Positions 25,501 to 38,600 of a stretch of 64,000 bases of DNA are shown here, piece after piece. The translations under genes and the position numbers were made by a program. The notes beneath the pieces were generated by a model. That model worked only from the letters and a program-made list of their open reading frames with translations. It made no database searches and was not told the DNA's origin. The stretch comes from Pavona decussata (Eukaryota), in NCBI GenBank assembly GCA_977016875.1, contig CDRNST010000199.1:248001-312000 (forward strand), read 5' to 3'. Positions within the stretch are counted from its first letter, which is position 1, and every line of letters starts with the position of its first letter.

Positions 25501-28500
25501 ATTGCCTGGCAACGTTAGCTAACATGTCTTCACAATTCCACGCTCTTCATCCATATGTAACACAGAGAATAGTAAGGTACTCCCAGCTTCTAATCCACAT
25601 TAAATGCTTGTAAATAAAAAAAAGCTTCTAATTTTTGTTATAAAATGCTCTTTGACAGGAATCTAATTCAACTCAAATATTTTCTCTTTTCTGCCCTGAA
25701 CTAGAGAGTGCAATGTTTTTCGTCAAATGTCCTGTTCATTTGTGAGTAGGACTGAGTGGTATCAGTCAACTCTGTTGTCTATTTAATGGAATTTATTTTA
25801 TTTCCCTCCACTCATTTGGCGCCCATCTTATGTTGCATGAGATGTCTTCAGCCAATTACGGTTTCCTTAGCTGACTGATAATTTTTAATGGGTAATTAAT
25901 TGGTGACGAGTGAAATTAGGAAATAATTCCACGCGCGTTTTGTCAATATTCTAATAATGTCGGTAGCCTAAAGGCTCAGGAAATTATTAGAATTTTGACA
26001 AAACACAAGTGAAATTATTTCCTTATTTCACGAGTATACCATTTAATTACCTTTTAATATCGTGGGTGACAAATTACGCTCACAATCGTGAGGTTTGGCT
26101 TGTTTATTGTATCGAGAAACGCTGCCATAGCAATTTTGTTTTCTCCCGTGTGAAATTATAAATTAATGCTCTAATTTCGCGCCAAAATTAAGGAGTAATT
26201 TGTCACCCATGATATTATGGGAGTAATTATTTCATGATAATATTTTATTTTATATACGTTATTTTTTTGTCTGTATGATGTTTTTTTACAGTTTATATGC
26301 GTTGCTCTCCAAGAAGCATGCTAAAGTGATGGAGCATATCAAACAAGCTGAAAGTAACCCACAAGAGAATGCCGAGGGAGCGCGTCACAGTGATTATGTA
26401 GGTATCTTAGAAAATTGCAGTGTACACCCATAAGGAAACCTCATTTTCAATCCCTAGTCAAGATTATTTTGTCAGGTATAGTGTAAACCCAGCAGAGATA
26501 GCCACAGGTAACCCAAGCTCGTAGCTTTAGTACGGTGTAACTCCATTGCAAAGAAAAATGTCGTGGAATCGTATTGGTTAATCTTCATCACGCCATCACA
26601 AGCCCAGATATACACCTGGCCCCAGTTGTTCAAAGAGCGGATAACTTTATCCAACGGATAAGTCGCTATCCAGCGGATAACATGTATTGGTTGGAAAGCA
26701 TTTTATCCGCAAGATAGCGATTTTTCCACTGGATAGAGTTATCCGCTCTTTGAACAACCGGGGCCTGTACACTATAGTATAAAAAGACAGTAACAGAACA
26801 TCATGTGCATTAAAGAAAGCGACACCCTGCTACTCTATTCCGAGCTTCCACCCTAGAAATCTTACAAGAAAAAACATCCTCACCTGTTTCGTATTTTATT
26901 ATTATTATTTTTTTTTTTTGTTAATACTATTTATCAACGTTCACGATGGAATGAGCTTGTCGAAGGTTTCTTCAGCTCAAACAGCGTAGAGTGTTCTGTT
27001 TTTCCACGGTGGTCATCTCACTGCTGCTATCGTATTTTTTTCTACGGTGTTCTTTAGCTTTCGGATTTGGCCATCCTGGAAGAAGTGATTCGAATGGTAC
27101 TGGAGATTATCAACTCGTGCGTCACCAATACCCTTCATCACAATCCAAACCTGGTTTACACACTGCTGCACAGACGAGAGTTGTTTGCTCAGTTTAGAAC
27201 GCATCCGACTTTCCACGATATCATAGAGAATATCGACACGGTAAGTCGACACGTAAAGAAGAAAGTGGAAGAAAACAATGTCTTTGTGAACAAGCTTTAT
27301 TTCTTGTTTCTCTTATCAAACCATACTCTTTCATGTTGGTATTTTACAAATGAAACGTAAGGCCGGCCTTGTCCCAAATTAACTGAACAGGTTATCAAGT
27401 AGTATCGCTGAAGGCAGTGAAGAAGGAATCTGACACAAGTAAAATACACACATTGGCATTCAAATCCTAGCAGTATGCAGGATGTTTGTCACATGAACCT
27501 AGTTTAATGGCCTTAGCTCCCACGAGTCTCGTCTTTAACTAGTAATCGGAAAGTCTTAGGATTTCCTTTTTTCGAGTTTGCCCGTGTCACTCATACATCA
27601 TTTTCAAATAGAATAAGTTCAAAGGATTCAGGAAGAGGGTGGGGACTTAAATTGTCGGACTAATGCTCTTTATAACCACTTCGTTGTTACGTTACATAGC
27701 GTTTTTAGCGACCATCCTTGGACACGCCGTTTGAGATAAACTTAGAGTAACCGTCCCAATTTTAATACACAAAAGTGAGATTCATTTTAAAGGCTTACAG
27801 CTCACGGAACTGTCTACACGAAGCAATTGTTTGGGATAAACCTGACGTGTGTAAGACATTAACCAGAAATAGTCTGGCTTGTTGACTCTAGAAAACGTAA
27901 AGAATTTTAATTCTGGATCACCGAACATTTTTAGCCGGCGACAGGGTGGAGTAGTTGATCCTAGTACCTCCGGGTTAAAAACCACTGCCCTAACCAAGCG
28001 TCTGCGCCGCCTCTTATGACATACTTTTACTCTGAGGTGCAGTATACTCTTATAAACTTGGCCATTTTTTCTGTGTCCTTGCCTGAAAAAGCACCTAAAT
28101 TTACCAGTAAGTCTTTTCAAGGATGTAATGAGTATTTTTGTTATATTTCAGGTGCTGGCATTTTTCAGTGCCCGCCTTGAACAGCATCCTGATCAGACAC
28201 TATCTGTGGGCGTGGTTTTAGATGTCATTAAACAAGGAACGCTCCAGTGGCCGAGAGACAGATTAAAGGTAAACATATTTGTCAAGTTACGCCATGTAGT
28301 TCTTGCTGTATTGTGTAAACAACACTTTGGGTGGTTACTAAAGTACAGTGGCCTCTCCTGATCATGAATTCTTTCAAGGTCACATCGCTACAAAAAAAAA
28401 AAAATTCGATGATGGGGTTATTGGGAAGATAAACATACCTAAAAAGCTGACACATCTTTGAAGCCTCTTGAGGGAAGTTTCAAGAATACAATTGAGAGCC

Positions 28501-28810
28501 ATTACTGGCTTAGCTGTGCATGTGAATTAATTCGGGACTGACATTGCTTTATATGTATGCCTCGGAGAGGTTTCTGGGTCGATCATGTCAATGTCTTGGC
28601 CAAGGCTAAATAGACAATTATTATCTTTATATTTTGCTTTTCATCTTCCAGAAATTTCCTGAATTAAAATTTAAATACGTTGAGGAGGAGCAGCCCGAGG
28701 AATTTTTTATACCGTATGTTTGGTCACTTGTTTACAAATCATCCACACTCTACTGGAACCCAGATCACATTCAGCTCTTCCACCCTGAGAAGGAAGAGAC
28801 TGGAGCTTAG
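11594..28810 (+). CDS. DYM: Dymeclin; 17 coding exons, 673 aa
   Basis: Exons (GT-AG, phases consistent, 2022 nt): 11594-11733, 12675-12727, 15090-15183, 16038-16213, 16442-16505, 19280-19405, 20319-20422, 20779-20952, 21523-21610, 22386-22488, 23543-23668, 24764-24877, 25482-25576, 26292-26397, 27058-27240, 28152-28268, 28652-28810. Near-identical to known dymeclin segments: [75 protein letters not shown]-terminal MG myristoylation site. Confidence 0.97.
13008..14221. mobile_element. Non-autonomous hAT-like element with 5-bp TSD (hAT5-like), DYM intron 2
   Basis: TIR CAGGGCTGCAAATAACT; GGCTG directly repeated on both flanks; subterminal CCGGTCAA motifs. Confidence 0.8.
16701..18053 (-). mobile_element. 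Internally deleted hAT-like transposon with 6-bp TSD (hAT6-like) and transposase remnant, DYM intron 5
   Basis: TIR CATGGTTCGTACAA; TSD TCTGTT; subterminal TTTTCAAGGAC repeats. Minus-strand remnant [31 protein letters not shown] (zinc finger, frameshifted) ..AEILWTL, joined to C-terminal [21 protein letters not shown]. Confidence 0.8.
22500..23016 (-). mobile_element. Non-autonomous Crypton-like hairpin-ended element, DYM intron 10
   Basis: ~140-nt terminal hairpin at 22503-22641 and CCAAT near the opposite end (~22978). Same layout as the autonomous element, reversed. A related fragment lies at ~10385-10550. Confidence 0.6.
23705..24015. mobile_element. Foldback MITE
   Basis: Long TIRs GATTGTTCACAGTCCCCTATTTTTCC ... 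GGAAAAATAGGGGACTGTGAACAATC; related smaller element at 36539-36731. Confidence 0.75.
25890..26230. mobile_element. Hairpin-ended non-autonomous element, DYM intron 13
   Basis: ~160-nt imperfect palindrome at 25891-26051 and a second inverted pair (ATATCGTGGGTGACAAATTAC / GTAATTTGTCACCCATGATAT); fragment of the same family at ~15825-15905. Confidence 0.55.
26619..26764. mobile_element. PIF/Harbinger-like MITE, 146 bp
   Basis: TIR GCCCCAGTTGTTCAAAGAGCGGATAACT; CTG TSD. Confidence 0.85.
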
Positions 28811-30849
28811 CCAAAGAACAGAACCAATGGTGCATCTATGAAGGAGCGAGCACCAGAATATCTCAACAGGATCTCATCAGGATCGTCCGGCTTGTCAGGA
28901 CCAACTGGTTCAACAAACCGGTAATAACGTAGGAGGTGGGTTCCCAAATGCGGATGGCTGATATCAATGACCAGAACATCTTTAGTAAAGTTGTTAGTCG
29001 AGAGAGCTGGGTTGTCTCACGTCAGACATCCTGGAAATCTTAGAGCGATAAGCTGGACAGTACAGTTTTAATATATAACATTATTGAACATAATTCTAGT
29101 AACATTCCAACATCTTTTACACAATCTTGACATTATAATTTAGTATTGGCATACGTGAGAGCTTGAGTAGCGTTTATAAACTACTTAAAGTTTGGTCTAT
29201 TGGTCCGGTACTCAGGGTATATTCTAGAAATTGGCCAATGACAGCCCAGTGGGTCCCCTTTTGTAATTTTAGGGGCCCTTTTTCAAGAATGGGGGCCCCC
29301 CAAAAAAGATATTTGAACTCCTTTGTACAGTCTATTCGGTGAGAGATCAATGTCTTATCACATGGTAATGGTAATTGGACGAAACGTGTTCCCGATCACG
29401 ATGAGCTTAGCTGCAATGGAAATGTAGCTATTAGATTGGAAAGAAAACTTCTAATATTCTGTAAAGATTCTCGCCGGCCATTTCTAGACTTGTAGCTTCA
29501 CGGCACAAGTTAAAACGAATCAGTGCCCAACTAGGCAGTGAAAAACGATCGTGTTTCCACCACAACATTTTTTTGGTTAGACAGTGAACTTTATCTAGGG
29601 TTGTCTGGGATAAGATTATTTTTCCACTCCATATTTATTACACGTAACTCGTAAGATTATATTTTTCCTCACTGAATTGTTTGTCGAAGCCACCGCCTCT
29701 TAACCATAAACTGTCTGTAGTCGGAATAATTGATTTAGCTAGTTAACGGTAATTTCTTGGTGTCGTGTAGACATTTTATGATTGGATTCTCCACACTCTT
29801 ATTTTTGAGTCAGTCGGGTTTAATCGCGTGAGGTTAGTCAAAGATAAATTTGCTTTGCGTCTGATAAATTGAGAGATGATTTAGAGAATTCAGGAAACGG
29901 AAAAAAGGAAATAGGAAATATTTTGTTATTTACTCTAGGTAGCAGTTCGAAAACCGCTGTATTGAACGGTATCTTTCCAAAACAATTCTACTCGTAAGAC
30001 GTTTTTTTTTGTTTATTATTATTGTTATTTTATTTTAACAAAAACGTCTTACGAGTACCTAAAACTGAGGGATTCCTGCTTTGTAACAAACCAGATTTAA
30101 CAGTTTCAAGATAAGCACGAAATGAGACGGACAAGGCTCTTTACAGCCAGATTAATGTTAAAGCTTTATAAAGCTCATGCAGAGTTTAAAGTTAAAGTCG
30201 CATTCGCCACAGTATAAGCCGCTATTATCACTTCAGAAACAGCCGCTTTGTTTACTTAACAGGATAAGCAGTAACTCTTTTGAGGAATCAAAGCGCTTAT
30301 TCAAGGGATAGTCTTAGAATTTGGCAGATCCGTAATGTTTAGTCTGCAGTTTAAGACTATCCTTGTGCGTCCTAAGTTGCCTTTTTTAATATGTGAGTGT
30401 AAATTTCTAAACCAGTTCGTCTCGAGAGTGCTTTTAAGGGAAGCATTCCCTATTGTAATCCAAACATAAGCTTATATATGTACAGGGAACAGCTACATAA
30501 TTGGTACAAAATTTTCTTCACTCTTCGTGAGGAAGTTAAGCAACAATTCAGGCCATAACCCTTTCACTCTGAAGAGTTCTCGCGAAAAATATTTTAAAAA
30601 CGTCCCCGCATGCCGGACAGCACTCGAGGAAATACAAAAGTCTGAATTTGCCACTTTTACAAAGAAAGGAATGGCGTACAGGAAGAGAAGACTGCCCTCA
30701 TGCCATAATTTTGTTATTAAAAATCGCAAACTTTTAATATTTTAGATATATATTCCCGAGTTTTTTTTTTTCCAGAAATTTACGGAACTCCTCATTTATA
30801 CGCTACAATTCATAAATGACGAAAGTTCGTCAACTTTTTATTAATTTAA

Positions 30850-31162
30850 AGCGGCACTATCACGAAGACTTTACTGTGTTTTGGTCAAAATATTTGACTT
30901 TGAGAATGTTCACGAAGATAATACATCAAGTGATTTAACTCTAATTAGGTTTTGGCGATTTTTCAAAGAACTTGAAAAATTTTCCCAATGTTTTTAAGTT
31001 GCAATCCATTTTCATCCTAGCCGGCTGCAACCAGAAAAGATAAGCACTAGTTTCTGTGCGAATTGTTAACAAAATGAACCTTTAATTTTGACGTTTCTGT
31101 TGCAAACGAATCTGTTTCTTGGCTTTTGAAAGTGACAATAAAAAGTAAGTGACATTGTCCCT
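30850..31162. mobile_element. Degenerate Kolobok-like MITE
   Basis: TTAA-AGCGGCACTATCAC ... GTGACATTGTCCCT-TTAA. Confidence 0.55.
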
Positions 31163-32315
31163 TTAATCTATTACTCTATTTAAAATATCGTACTCGCCAC
31201 GAATTGTGCAGGGTTTCATTCACGGACTGTAACATTGAATGTTACAATCTGATTGAGTGGTGTACGACCTTAGGAGCTCTTGTACTGTAAGGGTTAATAA
31301 ACGAAAAAATATATATACTTATTCGTAAAAATGGTCCCCTGATTCCAGAGGTTTTCTTTCTTAATTTTCCTCTAACAAAATTTAGCCGTGAAGCGACGAG
31401 TAAGTGGCTTAATTTTGTTTGAAGAAAAAGAAGAGAGAAAAGCTCTGACACCAGGGTATAAAATGGTATTAATGTACGATCCGACACAGGTTGTCTGGGT
31501 CCTAATTTATAAACAGAGGGTTTAACTTTGCACAGTTAATACTGCGGAATACATATAAGAAAAACTCAAAGTTATTTAAGATACCAGAGTGTAATAATTA
31601 CTCCTTGAACGTGATTTTGGATGAGTGTAGCTGAATATTTTACTTCTTGAATAAACTGAATGATTAACGGTGCTGGACAGGAAATAAAACGTTTGACACG
31701 GAATGTAAACCCGTGCGCGGAATTTATACATGTGTTTAAATAGTTGGGCATGGAGGCGCAGCACCCAAAATGGCTCCGATATTAACTCCTCTTACACAAG
31801 CATTTGATTCCAAACCTGTGAATTCTGTGACCAGATTTTAGCTTGTGAAATATCTACACTTTTTCCAAACCAAAACGAGCGACTTGCAACAAGTGAATAA
31901 AAATCGTGGAATAATTGTCCGATTATGGTGGTACTAAGTTGTCCGCTTGATGACAAACAGACTGCTTTCAGATCCCCACTCAAGATTCTGTGAGAAGACT
32001 AGTACGACTAAGGGATTGTTTGGGAAAACGGATGGACATTGCACCGACGAATAAATACATCTTATCAGCATTTTGCAAGAAATGCACTTATTTATCGGCG
32101 CAATTTCCATCCGTCTACCAAAACAATCCCATTATCCATGAGACTGGTGCTCGAGTCCTCGCTGGTAAAACACTCGCACTCGCTTTTTGAAATATTACTC
32201 TACACGTTTGCATACTTTGTTCCTTTCATACTGTGATCCTATGCGAAAATATGGCTGATCCACTTAGTATGAATATTCCTTGCTGTCTGTCTCATGTTTC
32301 TACCAGTCTCCCCTT

Positions 32316-32753
32316 NNNNNNNNNNNNNNNNNNNNNNNNNNNNNNNNNNNNNNNNNNNNNNNNNNNNNNNNNNNNNNNNNNNNNNNNNNNNNNNNNNNNN
32401 NNNNNNNNNNNNNNNNNNNNNNNNNNNNNNNNNNNNNNNNNNNNNNNNNNNNNNNNNNNNNNNNNNNNNNNNNNNNNNNNNNNNNNNNNNNNNNNNNNNN
32501 NNNNNNNNNNNNNNNNNNNNNNNNNNNNNTACTACTNNNNNNNNNNNNNNNNNNNNNNNNNNNNNNNNNNNNNNNNNNNNNNNNNNNNNNNNNNNNNNNN
32601 NNNNNNNNNNNNNNNNNNNNNNNNNNNNNNNNNNNNNNNNNNNNNNNNNNNNNNNNNNNNNNNNNNNNNNNNNNNNNNNNNNNNNNNNNNNNNNNNNNNN
32701 NNNNNNNNNNNNNNNNNNNNNNNNNNNNNNNNNNNNNNNNNNNNNNNNNNNNN
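32316..32753. other. Assembly gap or masked run of N with a 7-nt island (TACTACT, 32530-32536)
   Basis: Read directly. Confidence 0.99.
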
Positions 32754-33102
32754 GTAAAATCTTCAGTATTACATTATAATAAGTTAAAAACTCCACAAGT
32801 TAAAACAAAAATATTGTTTCACAAGATTGTCGCGCGGGACCCTGACTAAAAGTTGTTGTAAAGTGGATCAATTTCCCTTTTAAAGCGACCAAGAGAGTAT
32901 TCAAACGTAACACAAACCTGGACGAAAACGGTAAGGCCCACTCTTGTCTTTGCTCGTCCTCTTTGTCCTTGTGGTAGGGCAGGATATACGTAGAGGTATT
33001 CTTGTTCCGAGGTCCCGCGTTATGACCTTGGTTGCGTTTCACGAAACATTTCTGGACCAAAACATTATTTACGTGCACGATGGCTAGGCATTAGCAGAAA
33101 TA

Positions 33103-33133
<31 letters not shown>

Positions 33134-33558
33134 ACTAACTTCTTGCTGAAAACGTATTACTGAAAGGTTAATATAACGAAAATTACCAACAATTGATAGA
33201 CCACGAATTTAAAAAGTTCTTTTCAGTCCCCAAAGCTCCTCGGGTGTTTTGAGAAAGGGATCGGATTGCGACGCCCATGATTTCTCGTGCTTCAATTTCA
33301 GCGAGTCTCCTTCGCAGCCGTTCTTAGTTTCGTCACGCAACGCTCCGGCTGCGAAGGAGGCACTGAGGACACTAAATTTCAGCCTGATGATTGTTGATAC
33401 ACAAAAGAATCCACGTCCACTTTCGCTTCCACAAGCTCCAATTAAGAATGCAAAGAACCATCCAGCATGAGGGAAGGCAGATAGCAACGGTTGTTTAAAG
33501 GAGTGACGTGAGTGAAAACCGAGAATAGCCTGGTTTTTAATTCGTATTGAGCTGATAA

Positions 33559-33809
33559 AGGCCAATTTAGACGGTACAACTTTTGCTTACCACTGTCGCA
33601 TGCCTCGCACACAACTCTCGTCATTCAACAATGCCTATACCTACGATTGTCGTAGGATTTTGAAACATGTTTTAAAATTCTACGACGTTCTTGTGACGTA
33701 CACGACAGTAGTAAGCGAGTTGTAGGTTTGATTTACACGAAACAATTCGTGTCGTAGGCCTGTCGTAAGCTTGTCGCATGCGACAAAGTCGTACCGTGTA
33801 AATCAGCCT
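33559..33809. mobile_element. PIF/Harbinger-like MITE
   Basis: TIR AGGCCAATTTAGACGGTAC / GTACCGTGTAAATCAGCCT; TAA TSD. Confidence 0.7.
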
Positions 33810-34848
33810 TAAGAGTCCGTACAAATACTCATTAGCGAAATACAAAGAATGTGTTGATTCAGTCTTGTGCTTGCCTTTTCCGAGATGTGAAAACCAGACT
33901 TAAAGAAGACTACTTACTGGAGCCCGCCACCATGCATTCCACAATCAGCTGCACAGATCTTAACCCTTTCCTTACCAAATTTTTTGGCCCATTTTCCCGA
34001 AACGGTAAAGAAAAACCCAGCCTGCTAGTGTAATATGTCGTTTAATAGGTCTTGATGAGTGTAATTCATTTCTGAAATCAAGATAACTGAAGGAAGTCAG
34101 GTCTTTGATTGAAATGGCTTTAGAACGTCAAAAATAATTTTAAAAAAAACAAATTTCACTGATCGACTCATGTGATAGGTATACCTCAAAACTGTAGCTT
34201 ATTTTGCAGCTTTTAATACATAGATGACTCTGAGATGTGTGAGAGTCTGTAAATGCATTAAGGGTCAATGAGTATTAAACCCGGACGATACATCGCGCTA
34301 AACCAGGCGATTTGGTATACTAAGGAATCTTAAAATACAATAATGTACCTAATGATCAGCCATAAAGTTCCCTCTTAATAGTGCTAATTTGCCCCTCTTG
34401 GTAGGCTCGATTTTCGCCGTCTCCCGGGTCCGGTCTGTGGCTGGTAATCGAGCCTACCCTCTTGGAAACTGACAGAAAAAAAGACTCAAAGTAAAGAAAT
34501 TGGCCCTCCTCGGGGGGTCATCAAATCACAGCACAAATTGGGAAGCTAATAGCCAGGCCCTGTGATAAGCATCATAACGCTCACATATATCACACTGGAT
34601 CATTGGACAGATTTGCATGACAATACCTGAACTGACAGAATCCACCAATAACGAATTGTTCAGTTGCGGAACCTACAGCCCGGCAGAAAATGTGGTCTGT
34701 TTCCCCTTCATTTACAACGATTACATCAAGGAATACAACGTGGCTTCTTGTTTACAAAGGCTTCTATCCCCTTAGTGTACCAAACGAGAAAACAAACCTC
34801 CCTCTCACCCCTCCCCCTGCCAGGCAAATTATCAATCAAATCTTCATA

Positions 34849-35623
34849 CAGTCAAACCTGTATTAAGCGGACACCCTCTTTTAAGCGAACAGCAACACAA
34901 GTTCTGTTTTTCTCCCCCACATTTACTGTAAAAAGAACCTGTATTGAACGGACACCTCTATTAAGCGGACGCGGACACATTAAACTTGACTTGTATGGTG
35001 ATTTTTATTGTCAGAAACCTGTATTAAACGGTCACTGCAAAACGGATTGCATGTTTTTTTGTCCACGTTTTCACAGCTCGATCATTTAACTTTGCCGACA
35101 AAAGAGCTGTCACATCTTTGTAGAATTTACTCCGGCAAAGCAATTACACGTGGATAGCAGCTCGGGCAAAGAGCATGAACTAGACGCAAAAGAGCCTGCC
35201 TTAATATCTGACCGTGAGGCTTTAAAATTGACAGATATGTTACTAGGGTATTCTCGCTATCTTAGACGGGACGACCTTTCACTGGCCATCAGTTAAATTA
35301 ATGACTTACTTCAAATAAGAAGGCTTCAGAACATGTGTTTTTATTCTTGTTTTGATTGTGTGAATTAGACTTTACATAATTCAATTGTTACGCTTTACAT
35401 CTTCTAATAAAGCAAATGATCACATATACTTGCCATTGCTTATGAAAATACGGCATTCCTGAGTCGTATACGTTCACGCACGAGAATGGTATTTGACCTT
35501 TTCAAGGCCTTTTAATAATGAGGAATATTAATATGACTCTTTTAAGACGAATTCTAAGGGAACCTGTTTTCAGCGGACACTAGGAAGGGTCCCGAGAGTG
35601 TCCGCTTAATACAGGTTTGGCTG
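34849..35623. mobile_element. Tc1/mariner (pogo-like) non-autonomous element
   Basis: TIR CAGTCAAACCTGTATTAAGCGGACAC; TA TSD; subterminal repeats of the TIR motif. Confidence 0.85.
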
Positions 35624-38600
35624 TATAAGTCCCCATAAAAAGGTTTACTTGCCCGAAGTACATAAAACCTTTCAATGGTATGAAAAGAAAAGAAACTGAT
35701 TTATACGATATTCAAGGCAATATTACAAAACCTAAGAGAAATGCGGATGTGGTCACGACGCAAATAACACAAGAGCGTCTGAAGAAGCCCAGTCGGCCGA
35801 CAAAAAACGAGATTATCATAATCTGTCTAATCTATTACCGCGATCGTGATGAAAGCATCGGGTATACAATGATAATGATAAAATCCACAGCACTCATTTT
35901 GTATATATTATTTTACTCGACACGTATAAATTATGCACCTCATGAGTTCGTAATTCATAATGCCGACTGTTATTTTATAAAGGCAGTAGTCCTTCTCGCT
36001 GGTGGCTAAGTCCTAATGTATTACTGCGGTTTGTTAGTGGTTTGTCTCGCTGTTAAATGACGTTTACTTGGTTTAAATTCAGCACTTCTTGCATATTGTG
36101 CACGTATTTCTCAGACAGGAAATATAGCAAAGGAACTATTATAATAATGTCTATATATGTCTACCGCTCCGAAAATAGCGACTCCCAGGAAGAAATGAAT
36201 CGAAATGCATCTTTGATGAGCTAACATTCAGTCAGTTGGACCAGAAAACATTCTGAGGTGAAGTTTTGTTGAAAGAAGGTTACCTCTTGAGATCTCTTGA
36301 TTACCCCTGAATCAGCAAAAGCTAGAGCTAGAGAGTACAAAAGCTTTCAATTCTCAAATTTCAGCCACTATAGAGTGAAGGCATGTTAAAAATGGTACAT
36401 ACTTTAGAATCTTTACCAAAACACACCTTGCTCTTTTCATTTTATATGGTCTGTTTGAATGAGATGATGGGGGAGAAGGGGGGGGGGGGGGGGGGGCGGC
36501 CAACTGAAAAAGTGACAGGGTGATTGTCGGAAATTTGATAGACCGCGAACAGTCTTTCTTCTCCTAAGTTCTGTAGCGCGCGCGATGGATTAAGCGAGCG
36601 GCCATGCCGCGAGAAACGCGGGAGCGGAGGGGAGGAAGGAATCCCTCCTCGTTCACTTTTCTAATTTGCATAATTTTACCGTCACTTTCCGCGCGTGATT
36701 TGAGGGAAAAAGTACGACTGTTCGCAGTCTAGAAATTTGAAAAGGGACGCTAATATGTGCCAAAATCTCAATGTGCTTTGGTGAAGTTCCAATTCGACTT
36801 TCTCTTATGAGACGTACCAATTCGTTCTGGTAAACAGTTATTTTCATTTCTTTCCGGCAAAACAACGTAGCTCCATAAGCATTCCAAAGGATGACCTCTA
36901 TTAAAGAGGCCGGATACTGGGAATTATGCAGCCGCGTCGCTCTCTCTCGTTTGCCAAGTCATCCGCCCCTGTGAAATCTGCGGGGGATGCCATCTCCAGT
37001 CTCGACTCCAATCTGTATTAGGAGTGGGTTCTTCTAACGTTGTCGAATGTGTAAAGAAGAATGAATCACATAAGTATAATTCTGAATAATCACTATGTTG
37101 TAGTGTAGAGGTGTAGTACGGATGAAACAGTCGAACTAGTAAGACCCTTTAGCAACAATTTTAGGTCTGGCAACAGTTGTAAAATATTTCCTCAGCACCG
37201 GTTTTGGCCGAGACACCAAGCCCTTCCTTGACCTTGCTAAGATCCGCGGGTCTCAGACATTTGTTTGTTTTCAGTCCAAAACAGCATGCAGTTGATATCA
37301 CGGTCAGTATCGTAACCTTTTATCAGCGAAACGGTAAGCAAAAGATTATCTGGGTCTCCGATGAAAAACCTGTTTGCTAATGAGTGGCATGCATAACTGA
37401 ACTACCGCAAAACTTCTACTTGTACGAAAAAGTCTTGTATGGGCTATATTTCCATAGTTTGGATAACCTGTGAACCGTGTGTTGACTTTTATTGAATAAT
37501 TCGATTATGAATTTCGCAACTGGTCTTTAAAGTGGGATTGTCTGGGTCTACAAATGAAAGGAATTTTGTTTTCAATGCTCTGTAACAGAATTGAAACGTG
37601 TACGAATGTTATTTTAACGCATCATCTTGAAAGACCTTAAAGGTGACTTACAACACTAAGGTGAACATTTGGTCTTAGATTACCCACGTTCTTGAAAACA
37701 GAAATTCCTCTCATTTTGCAAGACTCTTGCAAGCTACTTTCTCTAGATGCCGTGGCCTTCAGATTTTCCCCGATTGTCAGCCATCGAAGCTGCACTCCTT
37801 TTTACTTTCCTGAAAATGTTCAATTTTCGCCACTTTTTGTGTCCTTCCGTCTGTGAAAATATTATTTTGAGGTTTTGTTTTCTCGATTTAAATAAAATTC
37901 CGTTTGTTGAAAGAAATGATTAAGAATATATCTTGACATTGACCCAATTTAGAAAAAATGCTATTAAAAATAAAATAGTTTATTGTGTACGGATTGACTG
38001 TCGAGTGTATTGAATTTCAAATAACTGACTGACGCGTTTTAGCTCGATTAGGTTCAGTATTACAAACTGTATTTCAGGATTCTAGATTGTCAAATTACTG
38101 ACAAGTGGCTTACAGCGAAGTATTTAATTTGAAGGCGTATCATCCCATCAAAAGAATCTTTTGAAACTTGTAATCCGTTACTCGAACAGCCATAGTGATA
38201 GCATTCCTTTGCCGTAAAACCTACGCTCAATGCCACCAAAGACATGACACGGATGTGCTACCTCAGAAAACAGACGAGCTTTATTGTATTCCGTCCAAAC
38301 GAAACTCTTATCACAGACGAAATCTTGCATGCTGGGCGTTTGACCAGGGTGGGGCTGGTCAGTACCCTCATGATCCCTCCAGAGAGAGACTTGTAAATGT
38401 CCCGTGGGGATAGTACTCTTCTAAAGTGAACCTTGGCCCAATGTATATTGAAACAGCGTTGCCTCACCCTAGACTTACATTACTTATTTACGTTTTAGTT
38501 AATTTGATCTGTTCTGGATATCCAGCGTACAACTTTTTTGCTTGTTTGTTTGTTTGTTTGTTTGTTTGCGTGCAGTTCTCACAGTTTGGGGCCACATGTG

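Noticed and set aside
25891-26051. Sixth member of the GA/GNA hairpin set
   Set aside because: The apex is GCC-TAAA-GGC with no GNA triloop and unclear polarity, so it was not counted as support.
32233-32849. Long ORFs in the ORF track
   Set aside because: Artefacts of translating through N.
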